A stretch of DNA of 64,000 nucleotides from Macrostomum hystrix (GCA_950097015.1 CATNEN010000001.1:25916001-25980000); one strand, 5' to 3'. Counted from the stretch's first letter, positions 43,152 through 58,245 are shown. A program made the numbers and translations. The notes: generated by a model from the sequence alone, not told the origin.

Positions 43152-46100
43152 TCATTTCTTCGCGGGTGATTTGGCCCTGGTCAGCGTCTTCTTGATCGAC
43201 AGTGCCGCTTTGGTAGCCACAGCCGTTCCAGTGCCGGCGCGATTCGGCGCAGAGGACGCAGCTCCGACTGTCTTTTTAGCTCCGCCGATGAGAGTCTTGG
43301 AGCTGGACGCTGAGTCGGAGCGCTCAGCGGGCTTGGAGTCGGTAGCTGAGGTCGATGAGCCGATGGATTCCAGCAGCGAGTTGTCGTCGTCGAAGCTCGA
43401 GAGCTGCTTGATCAGCTGGGGTCTCTTCGCAGCTACTGCGTTGCTCAGGCTGTTGGTGGCGACAATTCTTCGCAGAGACTTGGTCTTCGGCGAGTCCTGA
43501 GCTGCCAGGATGTGAAAAGCCGAGTTGCTCAGCTTTGGCAGCGAGGGTTGCTGCTTCTGATGCTGCTGACTGAAGCCTGCTCCGGGTACTGCCTCCATGA
43601 TCTCCTCAATGGACTGGTCGAGGTCCTGCTGCATTGCTGCCACCGTGCTACCCATTGCAGTCGTCTCCATCTTCTTCAGGACTCGAGCATAGCGCTGGGT
43701 TCGAACCACCGACTTCTGAAGGCCAATCAGACGAGCTCGCTGCTGCCTGATAGTGCCGAGGGACTCTTCGGAGCCGTCGAATGAGAAGGGCCGGGTGTTG
43801 CCGGAGGCACGATGGTCGCTGATGAGTTGGAGCACTTTGCGACAGGAGCGCTGGAGTTTAAGTTTCAGTTCGAGAAGAAAAAAAATTTTTAATGTTCCAT
43901 GTGTGACATTTAATTTCTAGTAAAAGACAGCGGCTACACCAAGCTCTGCTCACCTTCCAGTTGTTCGATGCAGTCCGGCGCAGCAGCGCCAAAGTCTTCT
44001 TGGTCCGGTGGATGGTCATGAGGCCGACCTCGCCGTCCTTGCCGGGCACAGGTATCGTGTACTCACTCTGGAACTTCAGCAGCTGCTTTGGACTGTAGCT
44101 CCTTTCCAGAATGACGATAATCTTGGCCCACTGTCGGTGAAGAGCATTGCGAAATATTTACGTGTTTAATTACAACGGAAATAAGGGGTTTGAGTGGTGG
44201 AGTGATGGTGGCAGGAACATTAACAGTAGGACTACCAAGCCATTTTGCCGCCCGTTTTTATGCCAAGGGGGGAAGCTTTCCCCCCCCCCGACAATCTTTT
44301 TTGCTGCACCCGAATGGAACAATGCAAGCACACGAAACTCAAGAACACGGGCCAACTTTTTGTTGCGCATCTTCTGAAACAAGAAACCAGTCGCCAGCTC
44401 TTCAGACCATCGAGATATTCAATGTTTCTGGCCGAAGGTCCGATTTTTCCCATAAGAGCTAGTGTATTTCATACTCCCCTATACACGAATTTGCACTGCG
44501 CCTCAGTGCGGCCTTGCCAGACCTTCAAACTTTATCAGCATGTCACCCGAATGTGCCTGCATCATCTCCGACTTCGGCGGTCACCGACCTTTATCTAGAC
44601 GGAGCTGCTGGACCTTCAACAAGTGGCACCAGCCGACTATGGAGTCCCTAAAGCGAATTTCTCTACATTCGCTGATCAAGCCTCGATATTGGGCAACACT
44701 CAACTACTTTACATGCTCCTCTAGTCCGTCAACCAATCAGTCACCATCCGACGCCGTCAGCACCGTCAGCAGGGTGCCTCCAGCTGGCAATGGAGTCCCT
44801 AAAGCGAATTTTTCTACTTTCTCTAATAAAGCCTCGATATCGGCCTAAACTCAACTATTACTTGTTTAAGCTCCAGCTGCTCCGTCTAGATAAAGGTAGT
44901 GACCACCGAAGACGGAGATGGTGCAGGCACATTCGGGTGACATGCTGATCAATTTTGAAGGCCTGGCAAGGCCGCACTGAGGCGCAGTGCAAATTCGTGT
45001 ATAGGGGTGTATGAAATACACTAGCTCTTATGGGAAAAATCGGACCTTCGGGCAGAAAAATTGAATATCTCGACGGTCTGCAGAGCTGGCGACTTGTTTC
45101 TTGTTTCAGAAGATGCGCAGCAAAAAGTTGGCCCGTGTTCTTGAGTTTCGTGTGCTTGCATTGTTCCGTTCGGGTGCAGCAAAAAAATTGTCAGGGGGAA
45201 ATTCCCCCCCCCTTGGTAGTTCTACTGTTAAATACCTGAGCTAAAATGCATAGAGAAGGCTGAGAGGCTTATCGTGCAATTTGCGCACATGAGGGTCAAC
45301 CCCCAAGACACAGTGAGAGTGTATGCTGCCTAGCAATGAAAACATCAAGGCAGATGTACACTCCTGTTTGAGTATGCCTGTGTGCTCAGAGGTCAGTGAA
45401 AATGGCAGAATGGACTCAGTCAGCTTCATCAAAAAATATGTACCGGTGCTCACAGGCCCCGCACATTCATTTGCCATTTCGCTGACTCAAGAGCACACTC
45501 GCGCGCACAGATACCGTACGCGGGTACACACTCACACTGGTGTGTACATCTGCCCTGACTTTCTCATCGTCAGGCAGAGTGTTTCTGTGGCTTGGATGTT
45601 AGCACTGAAGATGCGCCACAAATGAATGCGGCCTCGCCGCGGAATCGAGCTCAGGGACCTTGGTGCGAGAGGCAAACGCGTTAGCCGCTCTGCTACTGAC
45701 TGACTCATATATGAAATACTTCTATTATAGCTATTAGTAGCTATTAATTAACACCTGAATTCGCTCTCACCATGGAGACCCACTCCTTCTGGGAGCGCGA
45801 GTTCACCATGTTGTAGGTATTGCCCATCATGGCTATCAGCATGTTCAGCAGCAGGATGGGCACCAGGATTAGGAAGGCCGCGAATACGAATTTCGCTAGC
45901 GGGGTGTAGTTGGTGTAGTTGAACTCGTCGTACTGAAAAGTTGGAGATTTGTTTAAATGGATTAATAACACGTGGCGTTTTGAAATTGTTTTGTTTAAAC
46001 TTATCGCTTTTTTTATTTAACAACGTCAGCAAACGACAGAATGGAAATTAAATATTCAATCGGAAGTATCAATCGATTTCCATTTAAATCATTATTTTAG

Positions 46101-49100
46101 TAGATTTTCCAATTAATATTTGATTACTTTCCTGTCAACGGCCAATGGAGCAAACTTGTACAGCCCTTGAAGACACTTTTCTTGTTAAAAAGGTGCGACA
46201 GCCAAGCCTGACTGGGCTCTGTTCAGTTCAATTGAATTTGCCATGGAAACAGGACACTAAAGGAATAGTTTTTTGTCATCAACTCCCATCAACCATTTTC
46301 CTTCTCTTCTATTAACTTCTGAGTAGAAGAGAATTCTATAGGTGCTGAATTCTCACTTACTGCCTTTAATGAGTCGGTCCATGAAAAGGTAGAAAAAATG
46401 TGCTTTTGAAAGCAACAAACAATTGGCAGTTGTTAAGCTGTGGTAGAAAGACTGCGACACTCATTCCAACCGACGTCGGTTCTGGGGAAAGACCGCGTTA
46501 GTGTCACCGCCCCAGCTAAACTAAAAAGGTGCCAGAAAGTTCTTGAAAATTTCTTTCATAACTTTTCCTAACTTTTCAATGCCTTCATCAAATTTGCCGG
46601 AAAACAAGTTGATGCATTTTTGTCCATGGTTACAGAGTCTTCAGAGGTAGCTAATCGGTTGGACATTTTCAAGACGTTTTCAATTTTATTTGACACTTTT
46701 GAGTGAAATTTGTTGAATGTGTTTAATAGATAGGTGGGAACTTTTGGGGGCACACCTCGGACATTCGAAAGTTACATAGCGACCAGGACTCAGGTTAGAA
46801 AGTGAAGCTCTGCAGGTCCCCCCTTAGCAACCTACTTCTTTGTCTTCTAGAAGAGTGGAGACAGAAGAGGCTGCGAGGTTGCAAAAGCTTTAAAAGAAAT
46901 GTTGACAAGCTGCTTAACTGCCCCCGTATAATTTTCTACTCACCTGTTGTTAAGCTCTCGCTTGAAACTCAAGGTGCGCACTAGCCTTCATTTTCAGCAC
47001 TTTGCTAAATTATTTAACTGCCAGCAGGTTCAGCTTCTAGGCTGAGCAGTATTCGCACTGCCACCTGAGCTTGTCCACGAGTTCAGATAAAGAATTAGAC
47101 AAGCAGGTGCTGAATGGGTCAATATTGATTCACCTGGTAAGCCTTTCCGCACACACACCCCCTTCCTCTGCAGTACTTATCTAATGTTCCGCAAGTGCAC
47201 CACATCCAAGCTACGTTGAAGCGAATCACACCCAGAGTCAATCAGGAAAAATGAATAGCCGATTCAAGTAAATAGAATTTGAATTTTGCTGTACAGAGCC
47301 GCTTGTGATCCGCTGGTGCTAAGGCACGCAGCAACTGATTAACTTAGAGGGGCCAAATCATGTGCCCCGATGGGAACTGATAAGCAACAACAAAAATCTA
47401 TAATGCAGTTCAATCAGCAATGGTTTACTGAGCCAAAGCACGAAATGCACCGAGTTTACCTTGGATCTTCGGCTAAACTGAAATTAATTGCACCGAATTT
47501 GGAGTTGATGCTCACGAATAAACTCAATGGAATGCAGCGCCGAAAAAACTTAGTCAACAGAAACCACTCGGACACTTGATCGCCTTACCTTGAAGTCACC
47601 CAGGGTCATTTGCAGCAGCGTCATCACCGTGATGTGCGGCTGGCTGAAGGATAGCACACTCGATATTGCAGGATCGATGTCGCGGAACAGGAAGTAGTAG
47701 GCTGTGAAACAATGCGAAATTGCAGCGTCTAAGAGTTTGAAACAAACATTTTAACACATTTTAACAAATGAAGCTCGTCTCACTTTGGGCAAAGCAGAGA
47801 AGAATGATGCTGTAGATGATGCCGAATCTCGCCATGTCGCCTTTGATCATCTTGTAGATCATCGTGACGAATGTCCCGTTAAGCTGTGTTCCACTGCAAA
47901 TTTTAAGAAAAATATTTTTCTTGCCTCAGAAAATTCGAGCCGAGAGGTCGGGGTGTCATTTCTATGAATCCGTCAGAGCGTCAGAGACAGGTGAGTGGCA
48001 GAGTGGCTAAGGCGCCTGCCTCTCGCACCAATGTCCCTGAGCTTGATTCCGCAATGAGACCACACTAAATTGGGACGCAGCCGCGAGAGAGAAGGCTTGT
48101 GGGCTTATCTTGAGGGCTAACTTTAAAGGCACAGTAAAAGTGTACACTGCCTGACGATGAGAAAGTCAGGGCAGATGTACACACCTGTGTGAGTGTGTGC
48201 CTGCCTTCAGTGCCCATATCCTTCAATGAACATTTCGAGCCAGATCCGCTTGTGGAAAGCAGCGCGGACTCACCCGGCAAAGAATAACAGGTAAATCCAG
48301 ACGCAGGGTGCGGCAATAATAAGCAGAGTCTCCTCAACATTGGTGAGGGTCTCAAGCTTCTCGGTCCACAGAAGGCTGATGATTCGCACTGGCAGAGCCG
48401 CGGAGATCAGCAGGCAAGCGATGAGGAAGGAGGTCTTGGGTGGCGCGTCGCCCTGTTTAGCGAGGTTCGAAGATTTCCAGCAATTAGAAAACTTGACTCA
48501 GGTGAGCTCTGAACACAGGTAGAGAAATTGAATTTGAAGTACTTACCAAGCCGCGCAGAAAGTCCAGAACACCCTGTTCACGCACTTCGTCGATGTGCAT
48601 GAACAGGGTGACGAGACTGTTCACGACCGTGATGGACTCGAACACATAGCGAAACACCTCCTGAGTGGAGACCTGGAATGTTTGCAGGTAAATTTCAGGT
48701 AGGAAAGTGTTCAATACATAAAAATAACCATAATTAATTTGGGGCGCAGCCGCGGAGGGAAGGCTTTGGGTGGTTTGGGGAAGATTGCAAGGATGCAATT
48801 TACGTCCTTGAGGGCCAATATTCAAGGCAGTTGCACACACCTGTGGTCTGTTACTCTTTATTTTTCCATCCATGGCACATACCGTTGCTGCTGTTGCTGC
48901 AGCTGCAGTCGCTGCCGTTACAGTTACATTCGTAGCTGCTGTGGTCGCTAGTGTCGCTAAGCTGATGGCGGTGGTGAAACTGTAATTATTCGCACTGCTA
49001 GATGAGCCGGAACTCGCAGCTGAGGTCACCTTCAACGGTCGCAGGTAGATGGCAGCGCTCATGATGATAATGTGTATGGTGAGCATCAGAAGTCGCTGAA

Positions 49101-52100
49101 TAAATCTTGCCTGCGATGATGCGATGTACTTTCGGATAAAAAGCATGCCCTTTGTAACAAGGTTATCAGACAATACGTTGTCAGCAAAAGGACACGAGCC
49201 ATCGACGCCTCAACCCCAGAACACATCAAGCCCAGAACACACCAACCACAGAACATACCAACCACAGAATACATCAACCCCAGAACGCACCAACCACAGA
49301 ATACACCAACCACAGAACACATCAACCACAGAACACACCAACCACAGAACACATCAACCACAGAACATACCAACCACAGAACACATCAACCCCAGAACAC
49401 ATCAACCACAGAACACACCAACCACAGAACATACCAACCACAGAACACACAAACCCCAGAACACATCAACCACAGAACACACCAACCACAGAACACACCA
49501 ACCACAGAACACATCAACCACAGAACACATCAACCCCAGAACACACCAACCACAGAACACACCAACCACAGAACATACCAACCACAGAACACATCAACCC
49601 CAGAACACATCAACCCCAGAACACATCAACCCCAGAACACATCAACCCCAGAACACATCAACCCCAGAACACACCAACCACAGAACACACTAACCACAGA
49701 ACACACCAACCACAGAACACACCAACCACAGAACACACCAACCACAGAACACACCAACCACAGAACACACCAACCACAGAACACACCAACCACAGAACAC
49801 ACCAACCACAGAAAAATGTGGCCCCACAAAGACAAGGCAGCACTCACCCGGGCATATTTCTGCCACTTCTCGTACAGCAGCTGGTTAATGACGCCCTGCT
49901 CCAGCATGTCCAAGTGCTGGTCGGTGGTTCCGTTGATGATGTACATGAAGGCGGAGTTCCAGTCGGTACGGCCGCTCTGCCCGATGGTGTCAACGCCAGT
50001 CAGCGGGTACACCTTGCAGGTGATGTTGCCGTATCGCCACATCTCCGAGCTGCTCAGGTCGATGATCTCGTTGAAGACATCTTTGCGGCCAAGTTTGGCG
50101 GCCAGTGAAATCGGATTCAAGCCGGCATTGTTCATCAGCCTGGGGTTCGCTGGCTTCTTGTGGTGCTTCACAGCTAAGCGGTAGATCTCCTGAGGGTCGG
50201 ATAACAGAGTTGACAAGATACGCAGGAAATAATCTAGGTTGCTCAGTGAGTAGCAGCTGAGCTTGGAAATTACAAAACTTTGACAAACAAGATAAAATTT
50301 TTGATGCAGGCACATCGTGCCCACATCCATTACAACATCTGTCAGCGGCTTGCTAGTGTGAGCTTTAGTCGCCGTTGGAGCAGCTATTTATAGCTGTATT
50401 AGAGACGGCTTCTTTGCAAGACATTCTTTGCGAGTCGCTAACTTTCCCGCTCAAAGCGAAAAAGCTTCTGGATTTTTTTCATTGTTTCTGAAAACAGCAA
50501 GAAAAAAACTTCTGTGTTAAAAGCAGAGGGCGGAATGGCACTGACTGTGTTGTTGTGAATGACCAGCATGTGCAGCACACTGTTGCCCAGCTGGTCCGTG
50601 TTGTCCGGGTGCGCCCCGCAACCAACCAGGAAGTCGTAGATCTCGGCGCTACCCACGCAACAGGCGAACGAAAGCGGATACTCGCCGCAGTAGCTCTGGC
50701 CTGCGGTTGGCGTGTACAGGTGAGAGCAGCGGTGAATTTACAATTGCTGGCAATGATAACATTGGCCCAGTTCATGAGCAGTCCTTCCATCCAGTTACGG
50801 GGGGTTCAGTGGCAGAGCGATTAACGCAGTGCCTCTGTCACTGAATGTCCCTGAGCTCGATTCCGCCGCGAGGCCACATTCATTTGGGGGCCAACCTCCA
50901 AGGCCCAGTGAGTGTACTGCACACTGCCTGACGATGAGAAAGTCAGGGAAAATGTACACACCTGTTTGAGCGTATGCCTGCGTACGATATCTGTGTGCGT
51001 GTGTACTCAGGAGTTAGCCAAATATGCAGAATTGCCTCCTCGCTGCCTCCTCCCGGGTCTAGTGCCACCAAATGATGTGCCATTGCCCGCCGCTCTCCTG
51101 CAGTTATTACTATGATTATTACTATATTTCCACCCAATTACCCTTGTAGTCGGTGAAGCGAGCCTTCCGCAGACGCCGCTGATCCTCCGGCTGGAAGAAG
51201 TCGCCAACCGCTCTTTGGTCGATGTCGGCGCCGCATTTCACTAGCAGCTTGACCATCTCCAGGTCTTTGTTCATGACGGCCATGTGCAGCGAGGATTGGC
51301 CTGTTAGTGTGCGAGACAATTGAGGTAAGACATGATGCACTTCTACCCTAAGGGATCGGTGTTTAGTGGGGTTGTGTTACAATATAGTTAACTGTTGCCT
51401 ACAGAGCCTTGTGGCACAGCCGCAGCTATCGGGTGGCGCTGCCAAAGGCTGTGTACAGGTGCTCAGTCCGTGGTCAAAGGAGGTCGCTACACCCAGTCAA
51501 ATTACTCGCACTACCCAGGTGGGCACACATTATACAACAGAATGAACTGAAACTCTTAAGGGATTAGTTGTAGCCAATTCGGAAAATTCGACAGCAAGAC
51601 TATTCTTAGAAACAAAAATTCACGGCTTTAGAAGAAACTGTGAATAAAAAGTCTGCAAGTTATAAAAAACTTTAGTTTTTTACTCATTGTTCAAAACCTT
51701 CATTGTTCATTGTTCAGAGTCGTTTCTAAAGTTTTTTTGCTTCGCTTTTTCAGTCCTACGTTCAGCTATTGTGAGCCGAAGTTTAGAGAGATCAGTTCTC
51801 ACCGAAGTATTCCCAGCCGATGAAGAAGTCCAAGGCCAGGCTTGGGAACACGCTGAGCAGGGCCTTCGCCAGCTGGCGGTGCACTGGCGAGTCGCACACG
51901 AAGCACAGGTGCAAGAGGGTTTCGCCATAGACACCGCGCTGGGACACGTCCCAGCAGACTCGATGCCGGGAACTGTCGGGGTAAACTGGCCGGACGAAGT
52001 CGTAGAGATAGCTTGGCGCCTGCTGCTCGTGATTGGCTGCAGGAGGCTGGGGGTGCTGTGGCTGGCGCTCGCAGGTCTCGTCCGTGGCGGCAGACTGCGA

Positions 52101-52979
52101 GACTGACTGTCTATGGTGCAGGCCGTTTGTATGGCCAGCTGGCTGCTGAGAATTGGACATGAATTGAGAAGATACGAGTATAATAAGGCTGTGGGAACTA
52201 GCACAATATTTGATGTCAGCAGATCCACAGCCAACAAATTCTACCCATTCTGCTGACTCCTGAGCACACACTCCCACAGGTGAGCATATCTGCCTTGACT
52301 TTCTCATTTCAAGCAGTGTACACTCTCCTAGTGCCTTGAAAGTTGGCCCTCGAGGGTGTAAATTGCATGACATGACTCCAAGCCTTCTGCCCGCGGCTGC
52401 GATGCCCCAAATGAATGTGGCCTCGCCGCGGAATCGGGTTGCTTAACCCCATCTTCTATGTTAATCTCCCACACCGAACAGCCTACTTGGACAGGTAAAG
52501 GTCCTCAGCCACAGCCACAGCAGTCTCACCTTGACCTCAACATCTCCTGAAGAGTCTTCAACATCCTGCAGCACTTCGTCTGTTGTAGTGACAGCTGTTC
52601 TACTCGAGCGCAACGAATCGGCCATTGTTGCTGGTGTTGCTGCTGCTGCTGCCGCTGCCACCGCGGTGTCATCAGCTTCGGCGTGTCTCAATCGTGCGGC
52701 GATGAGCTCAGCCGCTGTGGCCTCCCGACCGGCGCCGTCATTATAGAGAAAGGGCGCCACCTCGCGCTTGATCAGCTCGCGGGCAGCCGCGATGCCGCCG
52801 GCCTCGTAGGCGTCCACCAGGCGGCCGCCGCCCTGCAGGTCCAGCAGGCGGTAAATCGGCCGCGTTCGGAGCTGCACGCCGTGCGGCGACCAGCACTGCT
52901 CCCAGAAGACCTCCGAGCTGGTCTGGCGTCGGTTGCAGCAGCGCAGGCAGCAGCAGCAGGAGCTGCCACCGTCTGTCAT
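43152..52979 (-). CDS. iav: TRPV channel, Inactive/OSM-9 subfamily; exons 52979-52530, 52094-51803, 51300-51142, 50700-50546, 50189-49848, 49110-48883, 48672-48547, 48452-48274, 47893-47784, 47701-47589, 45932-45771, 44130-43954, 43850-43152 (start may lie further upstream)
   Basis: Ankyrin repeats ([28 protein letters not shown]); [13 protein letters not shown]....[13 protein letters not shown]...HLDML..G.I..LL.EKW, typical of Iav/OSM-9; pore QMTLGD; S6 [13 protein letters not shown]; TRP-box WAKII. All junctions GT-AG and phase-consistent. Confidence 0.9.
44224..45227. mobile_element. Foldback piggyBac-like MITE with TTAA target duplication
   Basis: TTAA|CAGTAGGACTACCAAG ... CTTGGTAGTTCTACTG|TTAA; inverted arms extend about 380 bp (44224-44610 vs 44878-45227). 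Confidence 0.85.
45255..45696. mobile_element. Two partial family-S SINEs in opposite orientation (about 45255-45390 plus, about 45490-45696 minus)
   Basis: Homology to 38636-38880 and 47990-48210. Confidence 0.65.
47990..48210 (+). mobile_element. tRNA-derived SINE, family S
   Basis: GTGGCAGAGTGGCTAAGGCG..GAGCTTGATTCCGC head; 3' hairpin GTGTACACTGCCTGAC..GTCAGGGCAGATGTACAC. Confidence 0.75.
49210..49813. repeat. 16-bp intronic minisatellite (CACAGAACACACCAAC)
   Basis: Tandem array. Confidence 0.95.
50803..51012 (+). mobile_element. tRNA-derived SINE, family S (internally deleted)
   Basis: Same head and 3' hairpin as the other copies. Confidence 0.7.
52255..52440 (-). mobile_element. tRNA-derived SINE, family S (5'-truncated)
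   Basis: Homology to 38636-38880. Confidence 0.65.
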
Positions 52980-53734
52980 CTGTCGGCTGTTGACACCGCC
53001 GGATTCAGCGATGCTGACGCTCTGCCATTGGGTTCTGACCGCAGAGTCGGGGCTGTTGGCACCGTTGATCTTACTGACGCTGCTGCTGTTGTTGAGTCGG
53101 CACAGAGTGGCTTTGATGAGGCTCAGGCAGGAGACAGGACAGCCGCAGTGGTTCATTAGCCTCGCATAGGCGATCGCTCGGAGTGCAAGTTTTTGGAGGC
53201 AGATGTCATTCAGCTGCGAATAGTGCTTCCAGCCTGCCCGCTTTCCGCGCCCGCAAATATGCCAGCCAAGCCGCTCTTCGCCACCCGCCTTTTCAGCTCT
53301 TCTTTCGTCCTTCTCTTCTCCACGTGCACTCCCGGACTCAGTCCAATCCGCCTCACCCACCTGGCGAGTGAGCCCGGGTTGAAGGAGAAGACTGAGCAGG
53401 GGTAGGGCGGCCCACCCACTCGGCAACCAACTCCTTCCCGTTTGGTGGGAGAAGACAAGCGGAGTAGGGCGAGCAGAGAGCCAGATGGGGCTGAGTTGCT
53501 AATCAAAACTCTGGCCAGTGGACCATGGCAACCGCCAATCTTGAGACGGCGCTACGGCTTGGATTGCCGAGGGACATTGTGGGGATGGGAACCTGAGGTG
53601 GGGAAAGCTTTCACCCTCCGATTTTCCTGTAGTGTCTTTTGTTTAAAACAAACGCAGCCTCGCAGTGTGCAGTGCTGCTGCTCTCCCGCCTTTTTCTCTA
53701 GCCCACTGCTCAACTTTCTTTGCCCAGTTTTGTC

Positions 53735-53738
53735 AGCA

Positions 53739-53823
<85 letters not shown>
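53735..53823. repeat. (CAG)n microsatellite, about 29 triplets with two GAG interruptions
   Basis: Seen directly. Confidence 0.95.
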
Positions 53824-53824
<1 letters not shown>

Positions 53825-54289
53825 CTGCCAGTTTCCTAGCATTCAGACCACGGGAGAAAAAAAGACAAAGCAAGATGTGGGGAGCTTTGGCCGCGCCCCC
53901 AGCACGCAGCACTTTAAGTGTCTGAGCTCCTTCAGCCCGCACTGATGTCCCATAGTCTGGGCTGGCGGAGTGGGCTTGAGCAGGTTCTGAGCAGATCTTG
54001 GCTGGAAAAGTTGCTAGCCAAGCCTTTAGAAAAAAATATATTCAATAGTTTACTGCAGCCGAAATCGCAGGTAATTGGCGAATTCCAGTGTGACTCAAGC
54101 TGCAGCTGTGGCAAGGCGAGAGAATTAAAAAACATAAAAGACAAAAGAAAAGAGGCCGGAAAAAGCGACGCAAAAAAGCAAAGCCGCTAAAAAACAGACA
54201 CTAGGCGAGAAATACAAGAAGGTGTAATGTGGTTTACGAGGGGGGAAGGCATGAACAGTGCTAACATTAACGAGGACTCAGAGATGAAA

Positions 54290-55082
<793 letters not shown>

Positions 55083-55369
55083 GCACTGGTTGTGGCATTC
55101 AGACATCATAATTAGGACATAGTTTAGTCGGTTTCATCAGTGCCAATACAGAACTGTAAAAATGAACAGAATTTCTCAATGAATTTTTTATGCTCCCTCT
55201 CATTCCGTGTAGCTTTTCTGTATTGTCTATGAAAAAAGCTTTCAGTCACATTGTATTTTCCATAGGGCCTTCGACAAGTCAAAGTTAGCTAGCTTAGAAG
55301 TTCACATGCACTGATAGTTCTTTGTTCTCGTAGGATAGATACTTATAGGGCCTGAAGAATTATTGGTGG

Positions 55370-56960
55370 AGAGCTGAGACTGAAGGATTGGTGGATAGCT
55401 GACCCTGAAGGATTGGTGGATAGCTGACCCTGAAGGATTAGAGGATAGCTGACCCTGAAAGATCAGTGGATAGCTGACCCTGAAAGATCAGTGGATAGCT
55501 GACCCTGAAGGATCAGTGGATAGCTGACCCTGAAGGATCAGTGGATAGCTGACCCTGAAGGATTGGTGGATAGCTGAGCCTGAAGGATTAGAGGATAGCT
55601 GACCCTGAAGGATCAGTGGATAGCTGACCCTGAAGGATCAGCGGATAGCTGACCCTGAAGGATCAGTGGATAGCTGACCCTGAAGGATTGGTGGATAGCT
55701 GAGCCTGAAGGATTAGAGGATAGCTGACCCTGAAGGATTGGTGGATAGCTGAGACTGAAGGATTGGTGGATAGCTGAGCCTGAAGGATTAGAGGATAGCT
55801 GACCCTGAAGGATCAGTGGATAGCTGACCCTGAAGGATCAGTGGATAGCTGACCCTGAAGGATCAGTGGATAGCTGACCCTGAAGGATTGGTGGATAGCT
55901 GAGACTGAAGGATTGGTGGATAGCTGAGCCTGAAGGATTAGAGGATAGCTGAGCCTGAAGGATTGGTGGATAGCTGAGCCTGAAGGATTAGAGGATAGCT
56001 GACCCTGAAGGATTGGTGGATAGCTGACCCTGAAGGATTGGTGGATAGCTGAGCCTGAAGGATTGGTGGATAGCTGACCCTGAAGGATTGGTGGATAGCT
56101 GTGCCTGAAGGATTAATCAATAGCTGACCCTGAAGGATTGGTGGATAGCTGAGCCTGAAGGATCAGTGGATAGCTGACCCTGAAGGATTGGTGGATAGCT
56201 GACCCTGAAGGATTAGAGGATAGCTGACCCTGAAGGATCAGTGGATAGCTGACCCTGAAGGATTAGAGGATAGCTGACCCTGAAGGATCAGTGGATAGCT
56301 GACCCTGAAGGATTGGTGGATAGCTGAGCCTGAAGGATCAGTGGATAGCTGACCCTGAAGGATTGGTGGATAGCTGAGCCTGAAGGATCAGTGGATAGCT
56401 GACCCTGAAGGATTGGTGGATAGCTGACCCTGAAGGATCAGTGGATAGCTGACCCTGAAGGATTGGTGGATAGCTGAGCCTGAAGGATTGGTGGATAGCT
56501 GACCCTGAAGGATTGGTGGATAGCTGTGCCTGAAGGATTAATCAATAGCTGACCCTGAAGGATTGGTGGATAGCTGAGCCTGAAGGATCAGTGGATAGCT
56601 GACCCTGAAGGATTGGTGGATAGCTGACCCTGAAGGATTAGAGGATAGCTGACCCTGAAGGATCAGTGGATAGCTGACCCTGAAGGATTAGAGGATAGCT
56701 GACCCTGAAGGATCAGTGGATAGCTGACCCTGAAGGATTAGAGGATAGCTGACCCTGAATGATCAGTGGATAGCTGACCCTGAAGGATTAGAGGATAGCT
56801 GACCCTGAAGGATCAGTGGATAGCTGACCCTGAAGGATTAGAGGATAGCTGACCCTGAAGGATTAGAGGATAGCTGACCCTGAAGGATTAGAGGATAGCT
56901 GACCCTGAAGGATCAGTGGATAGCTGACCCTGAAGGATTAGAGGATAGCTGACCCTGAAA
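55370..56960. repeat. 25-bp minisatellite (GTGGATAGCTGACCCTGAAGGATTG and variants)
   Basis: About 63 tandem units. Confidence 0.95.
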
Positions 56961-57932
56961 GAAAGAACAGAGGAATCTTTACTTTTAAGTGTTAAACTTT
57001 TCAAATCGTTTGTTTTTTTAGCTAACACTTTCTTTCATAAACGGCACAACAAAGACTGAATTTCTCAGCATATATTTCCAACTGTAAGAGGCTGTGACTT
57101 CAGCATTGGATAACTGGGGATAAAATGATGCCCAGTAATCCCAGATTTCAAAGTGAGTTTTCACACAAAAGACAATAGCTTAGAAGACTCAGCTGAAAAA
57201 AACAAGGCATTAGTTGAAGTTAAATTAACGACTTTAGTAGACAAATACTTTAAAAGAAAAATGATCGTCATAATCAACAAGTGCTTATAGAAAATTATTC
57301 TTGGAAAGTAGTACTGCATGTTTACAACAATTAACGACACAATAATTCCATTTCATTCCAATAAATTAATTAGCAGTTTTAACGGAATTAACGAAAATTC
57401 GTTACTGTTTCGTTAATCTTTGTTTCTTAAAGGTTCTGAGTAACTCTGAGTAACTTAAGTCAGTCCGTTATAAAAAAACTAATGTACTAAGCTGAAAAGT
57501 AACGAATTTAATTTTTTGCCGCAATCGACTGTCTGTTAAAGTTACAATGCTACACAGCATTTTTAGATCCACGCAGATGTACTGATGTCGTTGGTCATTG
57601 TTATAAATAAATTAAAAGACAGTAAAATAAAAAAGTCATGCAAAATGCTCCCAAACTACAGCTAATGGAATGGAAATTAAAACGGAAAGAAAACAAATTA
57701 ACAAATAAATATCTGCAGGATGCGAGATTCCAACAAATCTTCGATCTACATGTTCAATTAGGCTCTAGAGAATGTTTCACAGCCGAAACTCCGTGAAAAA
57801 AACTGTGAAGTTTAACATAACAGAACTTGCATTGCACGGGTGGGTGCAGACTGCTCTTATACTGTATCCGGCGAGTGAGACATTGTGCAGCTGCATCACA
57901 CAACAGGCTTTGAAACATTGCACTTGTGATAT

Positions 57933-57983
57933 CAGACAGAGAGACAGACAGGCAGAGAGACAGACAGACAGACAGGCAGACAG

Positions 57984-58061
<78 letters not shown>

Positions 58062-58113
58062 GGACAGGCAGACAGACAGACAGACAGACAGACAGACAGG
58101 CAGACAGACAGGC

Positions 58114-58150
<37 letters not shown>

Positions 58151-58169
58151 GGCAGACAGGCAGACAGGC

Positions 58170-58221
<52 letters not shown>

Positions 58222-58245
58222 GGACAGGCAGACAGACAGACAGAC

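Noticed and set aside
47990-48060. tRNA gene
   Set aside because: A/B boxes are present but there is no proper cloverleaf, and it continues into a body shared by several dispersed copies, so it is a SINE head.
48140-48185. Minimal hammerhead ribozyme (CTGACGA-TGA-GAAA-GTC) in the SINE 3' end
   Set aside because: No stem III and stem I does not register. The segment folds better as one simple hairpin, and the core is not kept in the other copies at 38690 and 45330.
52980-53426. N-terminal extension of the TRPV ORF to 53426
   Set aside because: Relies on a non-ATG start and shows no family similarity.
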